From Thermodesulfobacteriota bacterium (lineage in GTDB: Bacteria; Desulfobacterota; Desulfobacteria; Desulfobacterales; SURF-7): a stretch of 29,084 nt of DNA. Within the stretch, counting starts at the first letter, position 1, and every line of letters begins with the position of its first letter. A program made the translations under genes and the position numbers. Location of the stretch: contig JBMORA010000010.1 of assembly GCA_049320885.1 (NCBI GenBank), positions 1 to 29,084 of the forward strand, given 5' to 3'. Under the pieces are notes generated by a model that did no database searches, was not told the DNA's origin, and saw only the letters and a list, made by a program, of their open reading frames with translations. Of this stretch, positions 1 through 8,581 are shown one piece after another.

Positions 1-55
<55 letters not shown>

Positions 56-1441
56 ACGACAGCAACCAAAGAGCAGAAACAATATGATGTGATTGTCGCC
101 GGGTCCGGTCCCGGAGGGGCGACGGTGGCAAGGGAAATGTCCCGACGGGGGAAAAAGACCCTGATTCTGGAATGGGGGGGCAATGCTCCCATCACCGGAA
201 CCGCGGCGCAATTTTTCGCCCAGGCGGGCATTCCCGGAAAAAGTCTGATGATCACGAACAATGTCCTCGGCATGGTGCGCGGCATCACCACCGGCGGCAG
301 TTCGGTGTTTTATTACGGCACGGCTTTCGCTCCACCGGTGGGGATGCTGAAAACCCACGGCATCGAAATTGAAGAAGAAATCGAGGAGATTCATCAGGAG
401 CTGCCCACCAAACCCCTGGCGGATCATCTCATCGGTCCCATGGCCCGTCGCATCATGGAAAGCGCCGGGGAACTGGGGTACGACTGGAAACCCCTGCCCA
501 AATTCGTCTACCAGGAGCGTTGCCAGCCCAATTGCTGGCGCTGCAATTACGGATGCCCCTTCGGCGCCAAATGGAATGCCCGGATGTTTGTCAACCAGGC
601 CATCGATCAAGGCGCAACCTTGACGACCGGCGCCAAAGTCGAACGCGTGCTGCTGGAAAACAACAAGGCCGTGGGCGTGGAGTACCGGCAAAACGGGGCC
701 GTCCGGCGCGTTCATGCGCCGCTGGTGGTTCTTGCCGCAGGCGGAATCGGCTCCCCCATGATTTTACGGCAGACTGGAATCAAAGAAGCCGGTTATAACT
801 GGTTTTTCGACCCGCTGATCACGGTGATGGGCACCGTGGACGATATGTCCGGGGGAAGGGAGTTTCCCATGGCGGCCGGACTGCACATGGAGGAAGAAGG
901 CTATGTCATGACCGACATGACCGTGCCCCTCAGTCTGCATTTGCTGTTCAATACCGAAATTTTCCGCTTCGACAAGCTCGGGTCCCACCCTAGAACCCTT
1001 TCCATCATGATCAAGATAAAGGATGAACTGGGGGGCAGATTGACGGAGACAGGGGGCGTGCGCAAAAAACTTCTCCCGGCCGACAAGGAGAAGATCATGC
1101 GCGGCTATGGCCGGGCCAGGGACATCCTGAAAAACGCCGGAGCCGTTGATGTATGGAAAAGCTGGTACATCGCCGCGCATCCAGGGGGCACGGTGAAGGT
1201 CGGGGATTTGCTGGACAGCAATCTGAAAACCGGAATTGATAACCTGTATGTCTGTGACTGTTCGGTGATTCCGGAAGCCTGGGGACTGCCGCCCACCTTC
1301 ACCATTATTGCGTTGGGCAAGCGGCTGGCCAAACACCTGACAGCGGATCGCGCCTTGTCGGGTGCCGCCCAAACGGCAGCGAAAACAGTCACCGGCCCGG
1401 AACAATCGAATTCGCACCACCGGAAGGGAACCCTTTTATGA
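56..1441 (+). CDS. GMC-family FAD oxidoreductase with Cys cluster (5' end probably lost in poly-C)
   Basis: Rossmann motif YDVIVAGSGPGG, GITTGGSS, VVLAAGGIGSP, C-terminal HPGGT and NLYVCDCSVIP…PPT; Cys motif CQPNCWRCNYGCP. Frame stays open upstream of GTG 89 back to the poly-C. Confidence 0.85.
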   Translation, partial: TTATKEQKQYDVIVAGSGPGGATVAREMSRRGKKTLILEWGGNAPITGTAAQFFAQAGIPGKSLMITNNVLGMVRGITTGGSSVFYYGTAFAPPVGMLKTHGIEIEEEIEEIHQELPTKPLADHLIGPMARRIMESAGELGYDWKPLPKFVYQERCQPNCWRCNYGCPFGAKWNARMFVNQAIDQGATLTTGAKVERVLLENNKAVGVEYRQNGAVRRVHAPLVVLAAGGIGSPMILRQTGIKEAGYNWFFDPLITVMGTVDDMSGGREFPMAAGLHMEEEGYVMTDMTVPLSLHLLFNTEIFRFDKLGSHPRTLSIMIKIKDELGGRLTETGGVRKKLLPADKEKIMRGYGRARDILKNAGAVDVWKSWYIAAHPGGTVKVGDLLDSNLKTGIDNLYVCDCSVIPEAWGLPPTFTIIALGKRLAKHLTADRALSGAAQTAAKTVTGPEQSNSHHRKGTLL

Positions 1442-2895
1442 CAGCCATACCTGCTTCCCCACAAGGGCGCGCCGTTGCAAGCGATGCGCGAACAGCGGCG
1501 TTCCTTATCCGCGATTTGCTGGGCACCCGTGAGCTCCGGCAGGCCATCACGTTTCTGATCCCGGAACTGTTGAATCTCTGGGCCGGAAGGAACTCCCTGA
1601 AAAAAATGGTTGCCCGTCCGCTGGAAAAGGTCATCTGCGATGGCGTCCGTCCGCCGGATAATGAGCGCTGCCCATCGCTTCTGGATGAAGAGATGCTTGC
1701 CGGACGCTTGGAGGCGTTGCTGCCCCTGCTTTCCTCCGTGCTGTTCGACGTTGCCGACACCGTCGGTCGCGGCATGGAGAATTTGACGCCCGAAAAACAG
1801 GAAAAGGTGTTGAGCGCCTGCATTTCCAGCCTGACCACCGGCCGGAGCGGCGAAATGATCGCCAGGCTCGGCCGCATGATCGGGCGGATCCACCAGCGCA
1901 ATCCCCGATTTGTAACCGAAGCCCTGCAACCGGGTTTTCAACGCTGGATGGAAAGCATTGATTTCGGCGAACTCCGGGAAACGCTGGACCGTTCAGCTGC
2001 CGAGACGGCGGCTTTTGCAACCATGATCAATGATGTACTGTGGCGGTATCCCGCCAAGCTCGTCCTGGCGCTTTCCTGCCTGCCGGATCTGGCAAATGCC
2101 GGCGGCGTGATTCTGCGGGAGTCCCTGGGGCGTTTCAATCAGGTGTCGCCGGATCTGGTGGCGGATATCGTCCTGTCCCTGCTGCGCCATCTGGACGGCG
2201 CCGTCATGGGGAAATGCATCCAGGAAGCCGCGGACTTGATTCACAAGGTGCACACCGGCAGCGCGCTCATCGGTGATCCGGGGGTTCCGCAGTTTGTCCA
2301 GGATCTGAAAAAACTCGCCCAGGAGACGGCCGCCGGAATTGACGGGGTTTCCCTGGCCAAAGCCCGCAAGGCCTTGGCGGAAGATCGGGAAGTCATTGGC
2401 CGGGTTATGACGGATACCCTGAAAGCCCGGCCGGAATTATGGCATCAGCAGCTCCGGCAATGGGGGGAACTCAAGAACCCGGGCCTTCGGGCGGCGCGCC
2501 ATCGGCTTTCCTCCCTGGAAGAATTTTCCGGAGATTCAGCCGTCGAGGCCATGGCCGACGGCATCACCGAACTGGATATTCAGGAAGCCGCGGAATTGGT
2601 CAATCTGGTTTCCCGGATCGTCTCCCGTCTGCAGACGGCTCGGCCCCAGACCCTGACGATGCTGGCGACCCAATTCACCGAAGGTTTGGATTTGTTCGAA
2701 GTCACCTCCGCGGTTGAAAACGCGGCGGCCGTGCTGGGGGATTCCCTGGCCCCCGCCGGACGGGCGATCCTTCCTCCATTGCTCCGGACAGTCGGCCGCT
2801 GGATGCAGCCTGCCGATGACGAATTCGAGGACGAAATGCGGGCGGCCAGGGCGACCCTGCGCCGCCTGTTGACGGAAGAGGAGGTGACCCCATGA
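1438..2895 (+). CDS. Hypothetical helical Leu/Ala-rich protein (485 aa)
   Basis: Long ORF overlapping both neighbours by 4 nt (ATGA); no catalytic motif recognised. Confidence 0.8.
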   Translation: MTAIPASPQGRAVASDARTAAFLIRDLLGTRELRQAITFLIPELLNLWAGRNSLKKMVARPLEKVICDGVRPPDNERCPSLLDEEMLAGRLEALLPLLSSVLFDVADTVGRGMENLTPEKQEKVLSACISSLTTGRSGEMIARLGRMIGRIHQRNPRFVTEALQPGFQRWMESIDFGELRETLDRSAAETAAFATMINDVLWRYPAKLVLALSCLPDLANAGGVILRESLGRFNQVSPDLVADIVLSLLRHLDGAVMGKCIQEAADLIHKVHTGSALIGDPGVPQFVQDLKKLAQETAAGIDGVSLAKARKALAEDREVIGRVMTDTLKARPELWHQQLRQWGELKNPGLRAARHRLSSLEEFSGDSAVEAMADGITELDIQEAAELVNLVSRIVSRLQTARPQTLTMLATQFTEGLDLFEVTSAVENAAAVLGDSLAPAGRAILPPLLRTVGRWMQPADDEFEDEMRAARATLRRLLTEEEVTP

Positions 2896-4031
2896 TGGAG
2901 CTGTTCCATGACGCCGCCACCCGCATCAACAGCCAGGCCATCCGGGAATGGAAATCCCGGGGCAAAAAGATCGTCGGCACCACCTGTTCCTATGTTCCGG
3001 CGGAAATCTTCCATGCCGCCGGGATTCTTCCCGTGCGGCTGCGGGGAATTGAAACGGACAACATGGCCATCGGCGACGCCTATTTCGGACCGTATATCTG
3101 TTCCTTTCCCAAATGCCTGCTCCAGCTGGCCGGTGAAGGCCGCTTCGCCTTTCTGGACGGCACGGTCATCACCCCGGGATGCGACGCCATGCGAAGGCTG
3201 GACGATTGCTGGCGGAAAGCCGGCGAGGATCATCCGGGCATCGTGCCGTCCTTTTTTTATTATTTCGATGTCCCTCACAAGACCGCGCCCCACGGCATGA
3301 AATGGTTTGAGGAAGAAATCCGCAATCTCGTCGGGGCCGTGGAGAGACATTTTGATATCCGGATGGATGAAGATCGTCTGCGCGCTTCCATTGCGGTTTA
3401 CAACAAAGGACGGCGCCTGTTGAAAATCCTGGAGGATATCCGCCGTACCTCCCGGACGGGAATATCCGGGGCGGATGCGTTCGCCGTGGCCGTTGCCGGG
3501 ACCGTCCTGCCCCGCGAAAGCTATAATGCCGCCCTGGAGTGTCTTGTCCGGCAACTGGAGGAGCAGACACCGGACATCGTCAATGGTAAAACAAGACTGA
3601 TGGTTTTGGGCAGCATCAGTGACGACATGGACTTGATCCGACTGATCGAGGGTCATGCAAAAGCCGTGGTGGTGGCGGAAAACCTCTGTTTCGGCGTGCG
3701 CTATGAGGGGCACGAGATCGATGAAACCGGCGATCCGATAACCGCCCTGGCGGAAGGGTATCTCGGTGAATCCACCTGTCCGCGGATGTATGGAAAATAC
3801 GCGGAGCGCCTGGAAATCCTGAAGCAGACCATCCGGCGCGCCGGAGTACAGGGCGTGGTGATGCAGAATATCCGTTTTTGCGACCTGCACGGTTCGGAAA
3901 ACAGTCTTTTCGAACGGGATCTGGAAGCCATGGGCATACCCTGTCTGAAAATCGAGCGCGAATACGGCCCCTTGGTGGAAACCGGGCGAATCCGGATGCG
4001 TCTGGATGCGTTCATGGAAAGAATGATGTGA
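2892..4031 (+). CDS. BCR/HAD-family subunit (BzdN/BcrC/HgdB-like), copy 1
   Basis: GKKIVGTTCSYVPAEIFHAAGILPVRL, ICSFPK, GCDAMRR, NLCFG, TCPRM, GVVMQNIRFCDLH, GIPCLKIEREY…RLDAFME; SD GAGGTG. Confidence 0.9.
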   Translation: MMELFHDAATRINSQAIREWKSRGKKIVGTTCSYVPAEIFHAAGILPVRLRGIETDNMAIGDAYFGPYICSFPKCLLQLAGEGRFAFLDGTVITPGCDAMRRLDDCWRKAGEDHPGIVPSFFYYFDVPHKTAPHGMKWFEEEIRNLVGAVERHFDIRMDEDRLRASIAVYNKGRRLLKILEDIRRTSRTGISGADAFAVAVAGTVLPRESYNAALECLVRQLEEQTPDIVNGKTRLMVLGSISDDMDLIRLIEGHAKAVVVAENLCFGVRYEGHEIDETGDPITALAEGYLGESTCPRMYGKYAERLEILKQTIRRAGVQGVVMQNIRFCDLHGSENSLFERDLEAMGIPCLKIEREYGPLVETGRIRMRLDAFMERMM

Positions 4032-4035
4032 AAAC

Positions 4036-4193
4036 AATTACGAGTGGGGAATTACGAATTACGAATGGCGGATTCGGACAGGCAGGCATGATGAAACGAT
4101 TGCCGTTCCCATTTCAGCCGGTGTGTGAGCAGGACTACATTGATGATTGATAGCATACCATCATTCGTAATTCGTAATTCGTAATTTCTAATT
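4036..4193. repeat. Inverted arrays of the AATTACG/CGTAATT heptamer
   Basis: AATTACG at 4036, 4050, 4057; CGTAATT x3 at 4166-4186; 4050-4067 is the perfect reverse complement of 4162-4179. Confidence 0.9.
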
Positions 4194-4209
4194 AATTAAT
4201 GAGGTGTGC

Positions 4210-5610
4210 ATGCGACCGGAGATCAGGGAATTCAATTATGACTGGATGCTGTGGCGGATCCTGGATCCGGCCTCCCGGACAGCCGACGGAACGCCGAAGG
4301 AACTGGAGTATATGTATCGTTATGCCCCATATTTCAAAGGCATTCTGCAGCCGATACTACGGGAGGGCGCTCCCGGAGTCCTGTTCCTCAAGCTGTTGAA
4401 CCGATATCTGGAAAACGTCAACACCGCCCGCGCCCGGGGCAAGAAGATCGCCATCACGACCTTCTGTTTTTCCCCGGCCATCTGTTATGCCCTGGATATC
4501 GTGCCGGTTACCCTGGAAGTGATCACGGCCGTGGGCGGCCTGATGTGGAAGCGCGGCACCTTCGACTACCTGGATTACGCCTGTGAAATCGGGTTCACCG
4601 AAACTTCCTGCTCTTCCCAACGCGGCGCCCTGGGAGCATATCTGGCGGGCCTCGGCGAGGAAATCGACATGGTGTTGTGCGACACCCCCGGTATTTGCGA
4701 CACCAACGCCAATGCCTTCGCCTTCGCCGCCGCTTACCTGAAAAAACCGTTTTACCAGCTGAATTATCCCCAAAGTCTGGGGGACAAACGCACCGATACC
4801 TATCATGTGGACGATTACAAGGCCATGATACAGTTCATGGAAGAGCAATCCGGAAACCGGCTGGATTTGGACCGATTGCGGGAGATTTTGATGGAAGTCG
4901 ACAAACAGGACGCGCTCATCGCCGACCTGGAGGACATGCACCGCCTGGTGCCGACACCGTTGCCGTCTCTCTATAATCTGTTCAATTATGTCGGTCGGTT
5001 TTTATTCTCGGGGTCGCCCGAATACACCCGCCTGCTCGAGCAGATGGTCCAGAAGACCCGGGAAAACGCCGAGGCCGGGCGTTCCGGTTTGCATTCCGGC
5101 AGGGAAAAACTGCGGGCCTTTCTTTGTTATATCGACCATTATTCCCTGAACTGGAATTTCTGGAAGTGGCTGGACGACCACGGCATCGCGCATATGGGGG
5201 GAATCCTCTCCCGGGGATTCCGGGACAACTCCTGCTATGTCGACGGGTTGCCCGGTTCCGCCTACAGCGTGGATACAAGCAGCCTGGACACCATGATCGA
5301 CAGCATCGCCCAGATGAACGCGCGTCTGCCCATGGTCAGATCCATCCGGGGGCCCTTCGATCAGCCCAATATGTGGCTGGAGGAATCCCTGGCCGTGGCA
5401 AAGATTTTCCGGGCCGATTGCATGATCTACAACGGCACGCCGGGGTGCCGGAATACCTGGGGCATGGTGAAGCCTTTCGCCAGGGAAATCGAAAAACACG
5501 GCTATCCGGTGCATATCATGTACGCGGACGCCTTTGACGACCGGGTGGAGTCCTGGGCCGCTACGGCCGAACGGTTGAATGAATTTTTTCAGGTAAGGGG
5601 GTTGCTATGA
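4210..5610 (+). CDS. BCR/HAD-family catalytic-type subunit (BzdO/BcrB/HgdA-like), copy 1
   Basis: ARARGKKIA, ETSCSSQRG, GICDTNA, QFMEEQSGNRLDLDRLRE, PGCRNTWG, YADAFDDR; SD GAGG before ATG 4210. Confidence 0.85.
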   Translation: MRPEIREFNYDWMLWRILDPASRTADGTPKELEYMYRYAPYFKGILQPILREGAPGVLFLKLLNRYLENVNTARARGKKIAITTFCFSPAICYALDIVPVTLEVITAVGGLMWKRGTFDYLDYACEIGFTETSCSSQRGALGAYLAGLGEEIDMVLCDTPGICDTNANAFAFAAAYLKKPFYQLNYPQSLGDKRTDTYHVDDYKAMIQFMEEQSGNRLDLDRLREILMEVDKQDALIADLEDMHRLVPTPLPSLYNLFNYVGRFLFSGSPEYTRLLEQMVQKTRENAEAGRSGLHSGREKLRAFLCYIDHYSLNWNFWKWLDDHGIAHMGGILSRGFRDNSCYVDGLPGSAYSVDTSSLDTMIDSIAQMNARLPMVRSIRGPFDQPNMWLEESLAVAKIFRADCMIYNGTPGCRNTWGMVKPFAREIEKHGYPVHIMYADAFDDRVESWAATAERLNEFFQVRGLL

Positions 5611-6389
5611 CATTGGTGGCCGGATGTGATGTGGGGTCGTTGACTTCCAAAGCGGTCATTATGAACAAGGGTCGCATTCTCGGCGCCTTCATGACCAGGT
5701 CGCGGGTCAAACCCGAGATGTCGGCCGATGACGCCATGGCCGGCGCCCTGAAAATGGCGCAGGTTGCCATGAAAGACATCTCCCGTTGCGTCGGCACCGG
5801 TTATGGTCGGGAAAAAATTCCCTTCGTCAACGACGTTGTTTCGGAGATCGCCTGTCATGGGAAGGGCGCCCGATGGCTGGTTTCATCCGCCCGGACCATC
5901 ATTGATATCGGCGGACAGGATTGCAAGGCCATGCATATCGACGATGCGGGCCGGGTGGTCAAATTCATCACCAACGACAAATGCGCTTCCGGAACGGGTC
6001 GATTCCTGGATGTCATGGCGCGGGTTTTGGGCGTTTCCGTGGATGAATTGGGACGATTTTCCGCCCGGGCGAAAGAACCGGTGACCCTGGCTTCCACCTG
6101 TACGGTATGGGCCCAGGCGGATGTGATCAAGTATTTGAATTCCGGTGTGCCCATAGAGGATATCGGTGCGGGCATCAATACGGCCATGGCCAGCCGTATC
6201 GCCATACTGGCCAACTCCGTCCGGGCCGAAGGGGATGTCTGCATGACCGGCGGCGTGGCCAAGAATGCGGGGGTCGTCCAGACCCTTGAGAAACTCATCG
6301 GCCATCGTGTCAAGGTGCCCCGGAAGGCTGATCCGCAGCTGGCCGGGGCCATCGGGGCCGCCATCGTGGCGATGGAAAATTACGAATGA
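5607..6389 (+). CDS. ASKHA ATP-dependent activase (HgdC/BzdP-Q family), copy 1
   Basis: GCDVGSLTSK, GTGYGR, SEIACH, IDIGGQDCK, NDKCASGTG, STCTVWAQAD, TGGVAKN, GAIGAA. Confidence 0.92.
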   Translation: MTLVAGCDVGSLTSKAVIMNKGRILGAFMTRSRVKPEMSADDAMAGALKMAQVAMKDISRCVGTGYGREKIPFVNDVVSEIACHGKGARWLVSSARTIIDIGGQDCKAMHIDDAGRVVKFITNDKCASGTGRFLDVMARVLGVSVDELGRFSARAKEPVTLASTCTVWAQADVIKYLNSGVPIEDIGAGINTAMASRIAILANSVRAEGDVCMTGGVAKNAGVVQTLEKLIGHRVKVPRKADPQLAGAIGAAIVAMENYE

Positions 6390-6415
6390 CTATTCGTAAT
6401 TCGTAATTCGTAATT
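6378..6415. repeat. Second AATTACG/CGTAATT heptamer hairpin, overlapping a stop codon
   Basis: AATTACGAAT (6378-6387)-GACT-ATTCGTAATT (6392-6401), then two more CGTAATT. Confidence 0.88.
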
Positions 6416-6432
6416 AACCAAAGGGGGTGCGT

Positions 6433-7212
6433 ATGTTTGTGGCCGGTTGTGATGTCGGATCCTTGACCGCCAAGGCGGTGATCATGGAAGGCGAGCGGAT
6501 TGCCGCCCAGGCGGTCGTACGGGTCAAAACCGATCCGGCCCGGTCGGCCGAGGAGGTCCTCCACGCCGCCTTGACCCGGGCCGGGATATCCCTGGGAGAT
6601 CTCCAATACACCGTCGGCACGGGATACGGGAAAGCACGGATTCCCTTTGCCGGAAGGACGGAGTCGGAGATCACCTGTCATGCCAGGGGCGCCCGGTGGA
6701 AAAAACCGTCCGCCAGAACGGTCATCGATATCGGCGGTCAGGATGCCAAGGCCATCCGCCTGGATGCGGACGGGAAAGTGGTCCGCTATATCTACAACGA
6801 CAAATGTGCTTCCGGCACGGGGCGCTTCCTGGAGGTCATGGCGGAAGCATTGGAGGTGAAGCTGGAGGAGATGGGGAGAATCGGCCAAGGCGCCACCCGG
6901 AAGATCACCATTTCCAACCAGTGCGTGATATTCGCGGAAACCGAGGTGGTATCGCTGATCAACGAAGGCCGGGAAATGCCGGATATCGTCAACGGACTCC
7001 ATCATGCCATGGCGGGACGGGTGGCATCCCTGGCCCGCAGTATCGGTGTGGATCAGGATGTGATCATGACCGGCGGGGTCGCCAAGAACAGCGGGTTGTT
7101 CCAGGCGCTTTCCGAACACCTGGGGCTTCCCCTGCTGCATCTCGATGGGCTCGATCCCCAGATCAACGGCGCCCTGGGAGCGGCCCTGATCGCCGGGGAA
7201 TATGCAACATGA
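6433..7212 (+). CDS. ASKHA ATP-dependent activase, copy 2
   Basis: GCDVGSLTAK, GTGYGK, SEITCH, IDIGGQDAK, NDKCASGTG, NQCVIFAETE, TGGVAKN; SD AGGGGG before ATG 6433. Confidence 0.92.
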   Translation: MFVAGCDVGSLTAKAVIMEGERIAAQAVVRVKTDPARSAEEVLHAALTRAGISLGDLQYTVGTGYGKARIPFAGRTESEITCHARGARWKKPSARTVIDIGGQDAKAIRLDADGKVVRYIYNDKCASGTGRFLEVMAEALEVKLEEMGRIGQGATRKITISNQCVIFAETEVVSLINEGREMPDIVNGLHHAMAGRVASLARSIGVDQDVIMTGGVAKNSGLFQALSEHLGLPLLHLDGLDPQINGALGAALIAGEYAT

Positions 7213-7261
7213 AAAACGAATGGAGAATCCGTAACCGGGATTAAGCGTAAGGAAACAAGGT

Positions 7262-8578
7262 ATGGGACATCTGGTCGGAAAAGACGTCTATCGCAGACTG
7301 GGAGACAAAATCGACAACCTGACGCTCCGGGCGCCCTGGAACCCGGCTTTTCGGGAGTTGCTGGCAGCCCTGTACAGTCCCGAGGAAGCCGAACTGGTCG
7401 TGAACATGCCTTTCGGCCTGTCTTCCATCCAGCGGATATCCGGGATTACGAAAATTCCCATCGAAAAACTGCGGCGGCTGCTGGAAACGCTTTGCGGCCG
7501 GGGCCTGGTGATTGATCTGTGGATCCAGGAAGCCTATTGTTACGCCCCGTCGCCCCTGGCCATCGGCATATTCGAGTTCACCATGATGCGCACCGGCGAG
7601 GGGCTGGATCACAAGGGTTGGGCCCGGTTGTTTCATGACTATATTCACCAGGACGGCGGCCAGGTCTATGCCGCCAATTTCGACCGGGCGCAGCAACTGT
7701 CCCTCATGCGCACCCTGCCGCATGAAACGGCGCTTCCCAACACGCCCCACGTGGAAATCCTGGATTATGAGAAAGCCACGGAAATCATTGCCGCGGCGGA
7801 AAAATTTTCCATCGGTATCTGTTCCTGCCGTCATGAAAAATCCCACGTGCATGCCAAGCCCTGTGATGTGCCCATGGACAACTGCACGGCCTTGGGGTAC
7901 GCCGCCGACTATCTTATCCGCCGGAATCTGGCCCGGGAGGTTTCCCGCACGGAAATGCTGGAGAATCTGGCGCGTTCCCGGGAGCTGGGCCTGGTGCTCA
8001 ATGCCGACAACGTGCAAAAAAATGTCACCTATATCTGCAACTGCTGCGGCTGCTGTTGCAATATTCTCCAGGGCCTCAACACCTTTGGATATGAAAATGT
8101 GATCGTGACGTCCAGTTTCATCGCCGAGATCCGGGTCGACGAGTGCAGCGGTTGCGGTAAATGCGCCAAAGCCTGCCCGGTCAACGCCGTGGAGATGCGG
8201 CCGATTTCCCATGGGGAGAAGCGCGAACGGAAACAACCCGTTGTCGACGCCGGCATTTGTCTCGGCTGCGGGGTATGCGTACTCAAATGCGAAAAAAAAG
8301 CGCTGCGGCTGATCAAGCGCAAGCAGCGGGTGCTCCACCCGGAAACGACGTTTCGGCGTGTCATCCTCCAGTGTCTGGAACGCGGAACCCTTCAGAACCA
8401 GATTTTCGACAATCCCCAAAGCCGTTCCCAGGCTTTTTTGCGCGGAGTACTGGGTGGCTTTCTGGGTTTGCCGCCGGTGAAAAAGGCCCTGATGAGCGAC
8501 ACCCTGCGCTCGACTTTTCTGAAACTGATGGAAACCGGCGTGAAATTGCAGGGCAAGGGCTGGGCTGTCGAGATTTAA
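7262..8578 (+). CDS. Multi-Cys Fe-S protein with C-terminal 2x[4Fe-4S] ferredoxin domain
   Basis: CSGCGKCAKACP and CLGCGVCVLKC; additional ICSCRH…PCDVPMDNC and ICNCCGCCC. Confidence 0.88.
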   Translation: MGHLVGKDVYRRLGDKIDNLTLRAPWNPAFRELLAALYSPEEAELVVNMPFGLSSIQRISGITKIPIEKLRRLLETLCGRGLVIDLWIQEAYCYAPSPLAIGIFEFTMMRTGEGLDHKGWARLFHDYIHQDGGQVYAANFDRAQQLSLMRTLPHETALPNTPHVEILDYEKATEIIAAAEKFSIGICSCRHEKSHVHAKPCDVPMDNCTALGYAADYLIRRNLAREVSRTEMLENLARSRELGLVLNADNVQKNVTYICNCCGCCCNILQGLNTFGYENVIVTSSFIAEIRVDECSGCGKCAKACPVNAVEMRPISHGEKRERKQPVVDAGICLGCGVCVLKCEKKALRLIKRKQRVLHPETTFRRVILQCLERGTLQNQIFDNPQSRSQAFLRGVLGGFLGLPPVKKALMSDTLRSTFLKLMETGVKLQGKGWAVEI

Positions 8579-8581
8579 ACC

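Noticed and set aside
4036..4193. CRISPR array or tRNA
   Set aside because: 7-bp units without unique spacers; no cloverleaf; no cas genes
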